DNA from: an uncultured Saprospiraceae bacterium | GTDB lineage: Bacteria; Bacteroidota; Bacteroidia; Chitinophagales; Saprospiraceae | Assembly: GCA_964507535.1 (NCBI GenBank) | Contig: CAZDQG010000006.1 | Span: 53,141-117,140 of the forward strand | Length of the DNA stretch: 64,000 nucleotides | Reading direction: 5' to 3' | In this document: one piece after another, positions 1 through 9,860 of the stretch | How positions within the stretch are numbered: the first letter of the stretch is position 1 | Layout: every line of letters starts with the position of its first letter | Program-made: the position numbers and the translations under genes | The notes under the pieces: generated by a model | Seen by the model: only the letters and a program-made list of their open reading frames with translations | The model's database searches: none | What the model was told of the DNA's origin: nothing

Positions 1-30
1 TAACCCGTAACTCCAAACTACCATAATAAC

Positions 31-2106
31 ATGATTTATTTACTCTTGTACCCGTATCAGAGGTTCCTCTATGTTGGAATTTCCTTTTTCTTTTTTATCT
101 TTTTAGCAGACCAAACAAAAGCCCAGACAAAACTTCCCATAACACACGAGCGGATGTGGATGATGCGACGTGTTGGAGGGCCTCAAATCAGACCTCAGGG
201 TGATCTGGTATCCTTTCAAATTACAGAACCCTCGTATGATGACAAGGAGGTGCGAAGTGATATTTGGATTGTACCAAGTAATGGAACATCCTTGCCACGT
301 AAAATTACCTCCGGCAAAGGATCCGAAAGCGCTTACCAGTGGAGTCCAGATGGAAGCCTGCTTTTGTTTACCGCGAAAAGGGATGGCGATGAATCTTCAC
401 AACTCTACCTAATGGATTTTGACCAGGGTGGGGAGGCCCAGAAATTAAGCAACTTGAGCACCGGGATACAATCTCCTCAATGGAGCTTTTCAGGAAAAAA
501 TGTTTTATTTAGTAGCTCCGTATTTCCAACTTGTTTCTCTGATTCCTGCAATAAAAAACTTACAGAAGAAAAAAAGAAAATAAAATATAAAGCCCGCGTA
601 TACGAGACCTTTCCTATACGAAATTGGGACCATTGGAATGATGAAAAGCTTAACCACATTTTTGTTCAAGCACTACATCCGGATAGCAGTGCAAAGGACC
701 TGTTTGCTAATATTTCCTTTGTAAAAGAACCCGGATTCTCTTTAGGTGCATACTGTTGGGTGCCCGGAGACAGTAGTCTTGTATTTTCAGCTAGCACGGA
801 ATTAAACCAATCAGCATACAAAGAGCCTACATACCACCTGTACTCTCTTTCTATTAAAGACGGTCAAGCAAAAATTATTACATCCGGAAATTATGAATAC
901 TCCTCTCCATTCGTCTCAGAGGATGGAAAATATCTTTATTGTCTGCAAACAGAAATAAACAACTACAAAATTTATAACCAAAATCGCCTTGTGCGCTTTA
1001 ACTGGCCCTCCATGAGTGGCATGATTTCTCTGTGCGCATCGCTCGATCGTCCCATCGAAGAATTTATTGTAAAGAACAACCAAATCTATGTTGTTATTGA
1101 AAATCAAGGCAGGGATTTGATATATTCTACAAACCTGGAAGGCGGAAACCTCAAACTCATTACAATTGGATCTATTGGTTGCTACCATCACTTGTCTGTC
1201 AGTAACAATGGCATTCTTGTTTCAAATTACGAATCACCCGCCGCACCCAACGAAATTTGCCTGATACCGGAAAATGGTCCGCATCGCATGATTACCCAAT
1301 TGAATAAAATCCGTTTGGATAGTTTGGATCTTCCTGAATTCAAGACCTTGTGGTTATCGACAAAAAAGAAAAAATCCATACGGTCAATGATGATCCTTCC
1401 TCCTGCTTTCGATTCAACAAAAAAATATCCCCTTTTTGTGGTTATGCATGGTGGTCCTGCCGGATCGTGGAAAGAAAACTGGGGTTATCGTTGGAACTAC
1501 CATTTGCTGGCAAGTCCGGGCTATGTAGTTCTGCTAACTGATTTCACCGGTTCTACCGGCTATGGTGAACGCTTCGCAAGGGAAATCCAATATGACCCTT
1601 TTAAAGGACCTGCGGACGAAATAAATGAAGCAGCATCAGATGCTATTCGACGATTCCCTTTTATTGATGGAAATCGTCAGGCTGCAGGAGGTGCTAGTTA
1701 TGGCGGTCACCTGGCTAATTGGATGCAGGCGACAACAACACATTACAAATGTCTGATTAGCCATGCCGGACTTGTGAACACCGTTTCACAATGGGGAACC
1801 AGTGATGCCATTTACCATCGCGAAATCATGAACGGAGGAACACCTTGGTCCAAATCGAAAATCTGGCAAGAACAAAATCCAATACGATTCGCAGATCAAT
1901 TCAAGACACCTATGCTTGTCACCGTTGGTGAACAAGACTTCAGAGTGCCGGTCAATAATTCAATTGAAAACTGGAACATCCTGCAACGTCAAAAAATACC
2001 CTCCAAGCTGATTGTTTTTCCTGACGAAAATCATTGGATCCTTAATGCTGAAAACAGTCGTTTTTTCTTTAAGGAACTCCAGGATTGGTTAAAAAGGTAT
2101 TTGTAA
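31..2106 (+). CDS. Secreted S9-family serine peptidase (prolyl oligopeptidase / acylaminoacyl-peptidase type) with N-terminal beta-propeller
   Basis: 691-aa ORF. Hydrophobic N-terminus ending ...TKAQ looks like a signal peptide. PD40/TolB-like propeller strings (YQWSPDGSLLLF, FVSEDGKYLY). C-terminal alpha/beta hydrolase with nucleophile elbow GGASYGGHL, plus GEQDFRVP and DENHW as Asp/His triad candidates. Confidence 0.85.
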   Translation: MIYLLLYPYQRFLYVGISFFFFIFLADQTKAQTKLPITHERMWMMRRVGGPQIRPQGDLVSFQITEPSYDDKEVRSDIWIVPSNGTSLPRKITSGKGSESAYQWSPDGSLLLFTAKRDGDESSQLYLMDFDQGGEAQKLSNLSTGIQSPQWSFSGKNVLFSSSVFPTCFSDSCNKKLTEEKKKIKYKARVYETFPIRNWDHWNDEKLNHIFVQALHPDSSAKDLFANISFVKEPGFSLGAYCWVPGDSSLVFSASTELNQSAYKEPTYHLYSLSIKDGQAKIITSGNYEYSSPFVSEDGKYLYCLQTEINNYKIYNQNRLVRFNWPSMSGMISLCASLDRPIEEFIVKNNQIYVVIENQGRDLIYSTNLEGGNLKLITIGSIGCYHHLSVSNNGILVSNYESPAAPNEICLIPENGPHRMITQLNKIRLDSLDLPEFKTLWLSTKKKKSIRSMMILPPAFDSTKKYPLFVVMHGGPAGSWKENWGYRWNYHLLASPGYVVLLTDFTGSTGYGERFAREIQYDPFKGPADEINEAASDAIRRFPFIDGNRQAAGGASYGGHLANWMQATTTHYKCLISHAGLVNTVSQWGTSDAIYHREIMNGGTPWSKSKIWQEQNPIRFADQFKTPMLVTVGEQDFRVPVNNSIENWNILQRQKIPSKLIVFPDENHWILNAENSRFFFKELQDWLKRYL

Positions 2107-2122
2107 ACAAACATCCGTTCAT

Positions 2123-2653
2123 ATGACGGCTCCATTAGGTCCGGAATCACATTTATTTTATTTTCAAACACCGCTTGGGATGGTTCAGGCAAGGATACAT
2201 GATAATGGAATTAAATCGCTGACTTTCATTGAGGAGACCTCTGATTCTGATATTCCTTCCCAACCGGATAGTATGTTAACAAAGATCCTTGGGCTTGCTC
2301 AACGCCTTGACAAGGAATTATGCGAATACTTTTCAGGTCAACGAAAAGAATTTAGCTTGCCGTTGAATCCCGATGGCACTCCATTTCAAAAAAAGGTTTG
2401 GAAAACTTTGCTGGAAATTCCCTTTGGCAAAACCCTGAGCTACCAGCAACAGGCATTCAGGCTGGGAGATCTGAAATCGATTCGGGCAATGGCCCACGCA
2501 AATGCCCGGAATCCAATTGCTATTCTCATTCCCTGTCATAGAGTGATCGGTTCTGATGGATCGTTAACCGGATATGCAGCGGGCCTCTGGAGAAAAAAGA
2601 AGCTGTTGGAATTGGAAAAATCGCTTCCAATGCAAGAAAAACTGTTCGATTGA
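2123..2653 (+). CDS. ogt: Methylated-DNA--protein-cysteine methyltransferase (O6-alkylguanine-DNA alkyltransferase)
   Basis: 176-aa ORF with the PCHRV active-site motif (ILIPCHRVIGSDGSLTGYAAG) preceded by FQKKVWKTLLEIPFGKTLSYQQ, typical of the Ogt/Ada C-terminal domain. Confidence 0.9.
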   Translation: MTAPLGPESHLFYFQTPLGMVQARIHDNGIKSLTFIEETSDSDIPSQPDSMLTKILGLAQRLDKELCEYFSGQRKEFSLPLNPDGTPFQKKVWKTLLEIPFGKTLSYQQQAFRLGDLKSIRAMAHANARNPIAILIPCHRVIGSDGSLTGYAAGLWRKKKLLELEKSLPMQEKLFD

Positions 2654-2708
2654 CCCTTTTGTCTGAAATTTTCTAATCTATTACGCGTTTATACTAAAAT
2701 TTTTAAAC

Positions 2709-5282
2709 ATGAAATCCATCTTTACTCTTATGCTCCTTGCAGCGCTTCTTACAGGTGCTGTTCCAAATCCGGTCTTGTGCCAGAAGCAAAAGGCCAAAAC
2801 TTCTCTATCTGAGAAAAAAGATACCACTGTTAAAGACACAACCAAAAAAGTAACACTCGATGACAAGGTGAAATCTTCCAGGAAGATCGAAGGCTTATTT
2901 ACGATATACCAGGATACTGCTACGGGAAGTCTGCAGTTATATATTCGTAAATCCCAACTAAATACGGAATACCTCTATCAGAGTTTCTCCATGGGTGGGC
3001 CGGCAGAACTCTTTTTGAATCAAAATATGATTCGGGAGACCTGGCTATTTAAGATCCGGAAAAACTTTGATAAAATCAGCTGGTCCAGATCCAATACCTC
3101 TTTCTATTACGATAAAAATAATCCGGTAAGCCGTGCCGCAAATGTCGATGTCTCTGAAACTGTTTTTTACTCTGAAAAATTAATTGCAGAAGATTCACTG
3201 GGCTACCTCATCAACGGTGATAATCTCTTTCTTAGTGAAAAACTGGACCCCGTAAAACCTAACATGCCTCCAAGTATTCCTCCCACTGCCTATCTAAACC
3301 TGGGAAGTCTGAATAAAGATAAATCTGAATACATAAAGGTTCGGTCCTTTCCTGCAAATACAGATGTCGTCGTAAACCTTTCCTATGAAAATCCTGCTCC
3401 TCAAAATTCCGGGGGTGCAGATATAACGGATGCACGCTACATCAATGTAAAAATGCAGCACAGTTTTGTTGAACTTCCTCAGAATGATTTTGTACCTCGT
3501 TTCGATCATCCGCATGTGGGATATTTTACGACACAGGCAGACAACATGACCAGTACCGAAGTCCCTATTTATCATGATTACATCAACAGATGGCATCTTA
3601 AAAAGAAAGATCCAAATGCAAAAATCAGCGAACCCGTCGAGCCCATTGTGTGGTGGGTAGAAAACACTACTCCTTATGAGCTTCGTCAGATTATTCTGGA
3701 CGCAGGAAATAAATGGAATGAAGCTTTTGAACAGGCTGGTTTTAAGAACGCAATTGTGATGAAAATGATGCCCGATGACGCAAGCTGGGATCCTGCAGAT
3801 ATACGTTATAATGTCATTCGCTGGGTTTCTTCCGATTTAGGTTATGCAATAGGGCCGAGCTTCGTCAATCCAAGAACCGGGCAAATTCTTGGCGCGGATA
3901 TTACCATTGATTTTGGTTTTATGCGAGGAATTGCATCTGAAACAGATCTTTACGAAAAAGGATTTCCCTTTGAAAATAAAGGCGCTTTAAAGTATATAAA
4001 CCACCAATGCCAACTTGGCAAAGGTTTGAGCTTGCAACATGCATTTGCAACAGCCTGTATCGAAGCATTTGACGACAACCCAGAAGAAAAGAAGGTGCTG
4101 ATGCGTCACTTCATTACGGAATTGGTACTCCATGAAATGGGACATACAATGGGTTTAATGCACAATATGAAATCCAGTCAAATGTTGAGTCCTGCTGAAT
4201 TAAAAGATACCAGCATTACACATAAGTATGGCGTACTTGGTTCTGTTATGGACTATTCTACGGTAAACCTGAGCCTGGATCGATCAAAACAAGGAGATTA
4301 CTATTCTACCAAAGTAGGCCCTTATGATATCTGGGCAATCCAATATGGTTATACTCCTTTTAAACCTGAAATGGAAAACCAAGGTTTGGCCTCTATCATC
4401 GCAAAAAGTACAGATCCTAAACTTATTTTTGGAAATGATGCAGATATCTGTTCTCCCGGAGGAGGTATCGACCCGCGAACCATGGTATGGGATCTAAGTA
4501 ATGATCCGATAGCATTTGCTACAGAGCGCTTTCAGATCGTAGCACAGGCTATGGGTAAACTGAAATCCAAATTTGTAAAAGACAACCAAAGCTATGAAAA
4601 CCTGACGAACAAATATTTTGCATTGCTTGGTCAAAGATTTGGAATGACAAGATCCGTTGCAAACTATATCGGAGGTATCTATGTTGACCGGAGTCTTCCA
4701 GGACAAAAATCACCGAACCTTCCCTACACGCCCGTACCTGAAAGTAAACAACGCGAAGCAATAGCTTTATTAAACACCTACGTATTTGCACCTAATGCAT
4801 TTGATAGTGATCAACCCCTTTACAATTACTTGCAAAGGCAGCGGAGAGGTTATAATTTCTTTTCAAATTCCGAGGATCCAAAACTGGATAACTATTTTTT
4901 GGGACTTCAGTCTGCTGCATTATTCACGATCCTGAATTCTTCAACGCTTCGGAAAATCAACAATAGCAGTATGTACGGAAATACCTATTCTGTGGACGAG
5001 CTATTACAAGATCTCAATACATCCATATTTGATGCAGATCTTAAAACAAACGTTAATATGCACCGTAAGGCACTTCAGGGATTTTATACTAATCAACTTT
5101 TGGGGATTTTTGAAAGTAAAATGGCAAATTTTGGTACGGAAACCAAAGCAGCAGTTTTCACAGCTCTTCAACAGATTCAGAAAAAATTGAAAAGTGCAAA
5201 ATCATCAGATGAAGCTACTAAAAACCATAGAAATTACCTTTTGCATCTGATTACAGAAAAATTAGAATCCGATAAAGACTAA
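2709..5282 (+). CDS. Secreted zinc metalloprotease (met-zincin, large Bacteroidota-type)
   Basis: 857-aa ORF with signal peptide (MKSIFTLMLLAALLTGAVPNPVLCQ). HEMGHTMGLMHN matches HExxHxxGxxH. Size and layout recall the DUF5117/DUF4953-type zinc proteases (family name from memory, unverified). Confidence 0.75.
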   Translation: MKSIFTLMLLAALLTGAVPNPVLCQKQKAKTSLSEKKDTTVKDTTKKVTLDDKVKSSRKIEGLFTIYQDTATGSLQLYIRKSQLNTEYLYQSFSMGGPAELFLNQNMIRETWLFKIRKNFDKISWSRSNTSFYYDKNNPVSRAANVDVSETVFYSEKLIAEDSLGYLINGDNLFLSEKLDPVKPNMPPSIPPTAYLNLGSLNKDKSEYIKVRSFPANTDVVVNLSYENPAPQNSGGADITDARYINVKMQHSFVELPQNDFVPRFDHPHVGYFTTQADNMTSTEVPIYHDYINRWHLKKKDPNAKISEPVEPIVWWVENTTPYELRQIILDAGNKWNEAFEQAGFKNAIVMKMMPDDASWDPADIRYNVIRWVSSDLGYAIGPSFVNPRTGQILGADITIDFGFMRGIASETDLYEKGFPFENKGALKYINHQCQLGKGLSLQHAFATACIEAFDDNPEEKKVLMRHFITELVLHEMGHTMGLMHNMKSSQMLSPAELKDTSITHKYGVLGSVMDYSTVNLSLDRSKQGDYYSTKVGPYDIWAIQYGYTPFKPEMENQGLASIIAKSTDPKLIFGNDADICSPGGGIDPRTMVWDLSNDPIAFATERFQIVAQAMGKLKSKFVKDNQSYENLTNKYFALLGQRFGMTRSVANYIGGIYVDRSLPGQKSPNLPYTPVPESKQREAIALLNTYVFAPNAFDSDQPLYNYLQRQRRGYNFFSNSEDPKLDNYFLGLQSAALFTILNSSTLRKINNSSMYGNTYSVDELLQDLNTSIFDADLKTNVNMHRKALQGFYTNQLLGIFESKMANFGTETKAAVFTALQQIQKKLKSAKSSDEATKNHRNYLLHLITEKLESDKD

Positions 5283-5335
5283 CCATTGTTAGTATGTTGG
5301 GATATTCTGTATATCCTGTATACTGGTCACATTAT

Positions 5336-5370
5336 AAAGCCCCTGATTCTTCCAGGGGCTTTTTCTTTTT
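5336..5370 (+). terminator. Rho-independent terminator after the metalloprotease gene
   Basis: AAAGCCCCTG (5336-5345) pairs perfectly with CAGGGGCTTT (5353-5362) across a 7-nt loop, followed by a T-rich run. Confidence 0.7.
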
Positions 5371-5449
5371 ACCCGGCTACCTAGGCCTGTTTCACATTTG
5401 AAATTAAAACGACGGCCTCCAAAGCTATTCGAGAGGGCCTCTTTCTTCT

Positions 5450-5457
5450 TATCTTTG
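5450..5457 (+). promoter_or_regulatory. Bacteroidota -7 promoter element (TAnnTTTG) upstream of ileS
   Basis: TATCTTTG lies 22 nt upstream of the ileS ATG. The same TATCTTTGCG string occurs upstream of the second skp gene at 60500. Confidence 0.35.
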
Positions 5458-5479
5458 CGCTTCCTTAATAAAGACGACG

Positions 5480-8400
5480 ATGATGTATAGAGAGTACAAA
5501 TCCCTCGATTTGCCCGCAATAGACCGGGAAATGCTTTCCTTTTGGGAGAATGAAGGCATCTTCGAAAAAAGTATTTCCTACAGGGAAGGCTCAGACTCTT
5601 TTGTGTTTTACGAAGGTCCTCCGTCTGCAAACGGAAAACCAGGAATCCACCATGTCATGTCGCGTACCGTAAAGGATTTATTTTGCAGGTACCAAACATT
5701 GAATGGCAAAAAGGTATACCGGAAAGCCGGGTGGGACACCCATGGATTGCCCATTGAGTTGAGTGTTGAAAAAGAATTGGGCATTACAAAAGAAGATATT
5801 GGACAAAGTATTTCCGTAGACGATTATAACCACAAATGCCGGGAAACGGTCATGCGTTTCAAAAATGAATGGGATGATCTAACCCGAAAAATGGGATATT
5901 GGGTGGACCTGCAGCATCCTTACATTACCTTTAAAAATGAATATATAGAATCTGTCTGGTTCCTGCTTAAACAGATATACGACAAAGGCTTGCTCTATAA
6001 AGGTTATACGATCCAACCCTATTCGCCTGCTGCCGGTACGGGTCTCAGTTCACACGAATTGAACCAACCCGGCGCCTACCGTGAGGTAAAGGATATTTCT
6101 GCTGTGGCTCTTTTCAAACTTCAAGGGGAGAGTTATTCCGAACAACAAAAATCCATTTTGGGAGCAGAAGAATGTCACGTAGCAGCATGGACGACCACAC
6201 CTTGGACTTTGCCAAGCAATACCGCCCTGGCTGTTGGCGAACACATTCTGTATCAACTCATCGAAACACACAATCCCTATACCCAGTCGGTTCAAAGAAT
6301 CCTACTTGCCAAAGATTTACTTTACAAATGGTTCAAGGCAGAAATGGAAGTCCAAGGTAGTTTGCCTGCTTTTGAAGAAAAGAAAATGCATTTCCGCGTT
6401 CTCCGGGAAAACATAAAAGGGGCACAACTGGAAGGCATTCGCTACCAGGCACTTTTTGATTACGCCAGACCCATTGATGGGGATGCTTACAAGATTCTTA
6501 TAGGCGACTTTGTATCAACAGAAGAAGGAACCGGTATTGTACACATTGCTCCTTCCTTTGGCGCAGACGATATGAGAGTTGCGCGTAAAAATGGTATCGG
6601 CTCCCTAACACTTGTTGATAAACAAGGACGGTTTGTGCCAGAGGTCTATGATTTTGCACATGAGTATGTGAAAGAAGCATATCTCAGTGAGGAAGAAAAG
6701 TTTAATGAAAAACACCGCCTGCACACAGACCGCTATCTTTCTGTCGACGAACGTTTGGTAATAAAACTTAAAAAGGAAGGAAAACTGCTCAATTCTCAAA
6801 AATACAGTCACAATTATCCCCATTGCTGGCGTACTGATAAGCCCATCCTCTATTACCCTCTCGATAGCTGGTTCATCCGCACAACTGCCGTGAAAGACAG
6901 GCTTGTGGCCTTGAATAAAACGATTAAATGGAAACCGGAATCAACAGGAACGGGAAGGTTTGGCAACTGGTTGGAAAATCTTCAGGACTGGAATCTATCG
7001 CGTTCCCGCTTCTGGGGAATTCCCCTTCCCATTTGGAGAAATGAAGAGGGAACCGAAGAAAAATGTATTGGTTCAATTGAAGAATTGCGGGCTGAAATTG
7101 AAAAAGCGAATCTGGCATTGGGACTGCAGCAAGCTGTTCCTGAAGATTTGCATCGACCCTATATTGATACAATTATTCTGGTATCTGAAAATGGAAAAAC
7201 GAGCCTTAAAAGAGAATATGATCTTATTGATGTCTGGTTTGATTCGGGTTCCATGCCCTATGCTCAGGTACATTATCCGTTTTCTACTACGAGCCTGGAG
7301 GGGCTGTTCCCAGCAGACTTCATAGCGGAAGGTGTGGATCAGACAAGGGGTTGGTTTTATACTTTACATGCCATCGCTTGTATGATTTCAGATAGCGTAG
7401 CTTATAAAGCTGTTGTTTCGAATGGCCTTGTCCTTGATAAAAATGGGGAAAAGATGTCCAAGCGTAAAGGAAATGTTGTCGACCCCTTTGAAACGTTGAA
7501 TCATTTTGGAGCAGATGCCACAAGATGGTATCTCATTAGCAATGCAGATCCCTGGGAAAACCTGAAATTCGACCTGGAAGGTATTACCGAAGTTCGAAAT
7601 AAGTTTTTTGGAACACTTTACAATACGTATAGCTTTTTTGCTATTTATGCGAATATCGATCGATTCTTGTATGATGAATCTGCCTGTATTCCTTTATCTG
7701 AACGTTCCGAACTGGATCGTTGGATCCTGTCGAGACTTCAGAATCTGATTAAATCCTATCGATTATTCATGGATGACTACGAACCCACCCAGGCTGCACG
7801 TATTATTGAAAGTTTTGTCTCAGATGATCTCTCAAACTGGTATGTCCGCCTTTCAAGAAGACGTTTTTGGAAATCGGAATCTTCTTCCGACAAGCAGGCT
7901 GCTTTTGAAACCTTGTATGAGTGTCTGATACAAATTTCCCAACTCATGGCTTCACTTGCTCCTTTTATGGCCGACTGGCTTTACAAAAATCTCAGTGACT
8001 CACGGCGTGAAAGACATCCGGATTCGGCCTCTGCCTATTTCTATCCATCTGTACACCTTACAAATTTGCCCGGATTTGATGTCTCTTATATGGATTCCCA
8101 ATTGGAACGCCGGATGGATCTCGCTCAGCGCATTTCCTCAATGGTGTTGTCCTTGCGTAAAGGACAGAAGATCCGTGTGCGTCAACCATTAAAACAAATA
8201 TTGATCCCTGCCTTTGATGAAACCGTGCAAAGAGATATCGATGCTGTAAAAGACCTCATACAATCTGAGGTGAATATTAAAGAAATCAATTATATAAAAG
8301 ATGATCTTGGACTGGTAAAGAAGAAAGCAAAACCAAACTTCAGAACACTAGGAAAAAAACTCGGCAAACATATGAAGTCCGCCACGGATACTATTCAATC

Positions 8401-8839
8401 CTTGTCGACAGAACAGATTCGGCTTCTTGAAAAAGGTGACAATCTGAAACTGATCTTCGAGGGAGAAGAATTTGAATTAAGTCCGGAAGACGTAGAGATT
8501 TTTTCAGAGGACATACCAGGATGGCTCGTTGCAAATGACGGAAACCTCACAGTTGCTCTGGATATCACGGTTACAGACGAACTTCTGGCGGAAGGGCATG
8601 CCAGGGAACTGGTCAACAGGATTCAAAATCTCAGAAAAGATAAAAACTTCAATGTAACGGATCGAATCCGCATCCAGTTGGAATCGCACGAGGATCTGAA
8701 AACCGCCATTGCCAAATTCAAAGATTTGATACGGGCAGAAGTACTTGCAGAATCTATTGAATTATCAGATGAAAATTATACGGACCGCATAGAGTGGCTT
8801 GACGATAAGGAAATTGGAATACGGATCACATTGAATTAA
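5480..8839 (+). CDS. ileS: Isoleucine--tRNA ligase (long, type-2-like form)
   Basis: 1119-aa ORF. Class I signature PSANGKPGIHHV (HIGH region) and KMSKRKGN (KMSKS). Editing-domain and anticodon-binding regions have typical IleRS length. Confidence 0.97.
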   Translation: MMYREYKSLDLPAIDREMLSFWENEGIFEKSISYREGSDSFVFYEGPPSANGKPGIHHVMSRTVKDLFCRYQTLNGKKVYRKAGWDTHGLPIELSVEKELGITKEDIGQSISVDDYNHKCRETVMRFKNEWDDLTRKMGYWVDLQHPYITFKNEYIESVWFLLKQIYDKGLLYKGYTIQPYSPAAGTGLSSHELNQPGAYREVKDISAVALFKLQGESYSEQQKSILGAEECHVAAWTTTPWTLPSNTALAVGEHILYQLIETHNPYTQSVQRILLAKDLLYKWFKAEMEVQGSLPAFEEKKMHFRVLRENIKGAQLEGIRYQALFDYARPIDGDAYKILIGDFVSTEEGTGIVHIAPSFGADDMRVARKNGIGSLTLVDKQGRFVPEVYDFAHEYVKEAYLSEEEKFNEKHRLHTDRYLSVDERLVIKLKKEGKLLNSQKYSHNYPHCWRTDKPILYYPLDSWFIRTTAVKDRLVALNKTIKWKPESTGTGRFGNWLENLQDWNLSRSRFWGIPLPIWRNEEGTEEKCIGSIEELRAEIEKANLALGLQQAVPEDLHRPYIDTIILVSENGKTSLKREYDLIDVWFDSGSMPYAQVHYPFSTTSLEGLFPADFIAEGVDQTRGWFYTLHAIACMISDSVAYKAVVSNGLVLDKNGEKMSKRKGNVVDPFETLNHFGADATRWYLISNADPWENLKFDLEGITEVRNKFFGTLYNTYSFFAIYANIDRFLYDESACIPLSERSELDRWILSRLQNLIKSYRLFMDDYEPTQAARIIESFVSDDLSNWYVRLSRRRFWKSESSSDKQAAFETLYECLIQISQLMASLAPFMADWLYKNLSDSRRERHPDSASAYFYPSVHLTNLPGFDVSYMDSQLERRMDLAQRISSMVLSLRKGQKIRVRQPLKQILIPAFDETVQRDIDAVKDLIQSEVNIKEINYIKDDLGLVKKKAKPNFRTLGKKLGKHMKSATDTIQSLSTEQIRLLEKGDNLKLIFEGEEFELSPEDVEIFSEDIPGWLVANDGNLTVALDITVTDELLAEGHARELVNRIQNLRKDKNFNVTDRIRIQLESHEDLKTAIAKFKDLIRAEVLAESIELSDENYTDRIEWLDDKEIGIRITLN

Positions 8840-9133
8840 ACATTACAAGGATCTACTATCCTTTTACTTTTAAAATGATCTTATAGTATTTCGGCTTTCA
8901 TTTTTGTTAAAGCCCTGCTTTCGTTTTTTGGGATTGTGCTTCCCTTATAAAATAGATACAAACATTTGTTTGCATTCGAAGCTCCCTGAACTTAATATTA
9001 TTATTTCCATTTTAAAATTTGACTTCCCAGCAGTTGTCTTTTCCATGCAGTGAGGACTGTGAAAAATGTATCTACATTTTCGTTTCGCATTTTTCATGCA
9101 CTTTTTTTATATAATTCTTAATTTGTATTCAAA

Positions 9134-9481
9134 ATGTATTTTATGAAGCCCTTTTCTGCACTTTATATCCTCTTCCTCGCTTTATTCATTCTTGCCTGTT
9201 CCCGAAAAATGAGCGACAAACCTAAGGTCACTGTTTTTTATTCAAAGCAGATCAAAAGCCTTTTGGAAACTAAATGTGCTCCATGCCACATGCCGGTTAA
9301 AGGTGGGCGAAAAACGGATTTATCCAATTATACTGAAGTGACCCGCTTTTATGAGGATATTTACCGACGTATCCGCCTGGATCGATCGAACAAAGATTAC
9401 ATGCCATTTAAGCGGGATCCTCTAAGTCAGGAAGAGATTGCCCTCTTTCAAAAGTGGAAAGAGGAGGGATTACATAAATAG
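9134..9481 (+). CDS. Small lipoprotein with a single CxxCH heme-binding-type motif (PSCyt1-like cytochrome c domain)
   Basis: 115-aa ORF. Lipoprotein-like signal ...LALFILAC|S. Then KCAPCHMPVKGGRKTDLS ... MPF ... LSQEEIALFQKWKEEG. The start could be the second ATG at 9143. Confidence 0.5.
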   Translation: MYFMKPFSALYILFLALFILACSRKMSDKPKVTVFYSKQIKSLLETKCAPCHMPVKGGRKTDLSNYTEVTRFYEDIYRRIRLDRSNKDYMPFKRDPLSQEEIALFQKWKEEGLHK

Positions 9482-9860
9482 GTTATTCATATCGCATTGA
9501 CCAAAACAAACAAACTATCGTTCGTATGCATTTTAATACTGATTGCGACGTTGGTATACATATAAAAAATGCCATACGTAATTGTCCCTGTTAGATCATA
9601 ATATATATGTGCACTGTTTTTTACAAGGAATCTCATTTTCAATATAATCAATTCATACATAGATAATAATAAATAGTACTCCCTTTTCATTTTTATGTTA
9701 GATTTAAAACGTTAAGGATTATTTAAATAAAAAAAATAAAAAACAAGGGTTTTCCCTGATATAGTTTTATAAAAATACAATTAGTTTTGTCCCAGTATTT
9801 CCCCCCTACCATATCCTTCTTACGGCTCAAGACTCGATTTTTCACATTAATATTTATATA

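Noticed and set aside
5289-5630. 113-aa minus-strand ORF across the ileS start
   Set aside because: It spans the upstream terminator hairpin and the ileS N-terminus. The product is basic and low-complexity. It is incompatible with the strongly supported ileS.
9487-9690. 67-aa minus-strand ORF in the spacer upstream of the T9SS protease gene
   Set aside because: The region is very AT-rich and the product is Ile/Tyr/Leu-rich with no start context or partner. It is probably non-coding promoter DNA.
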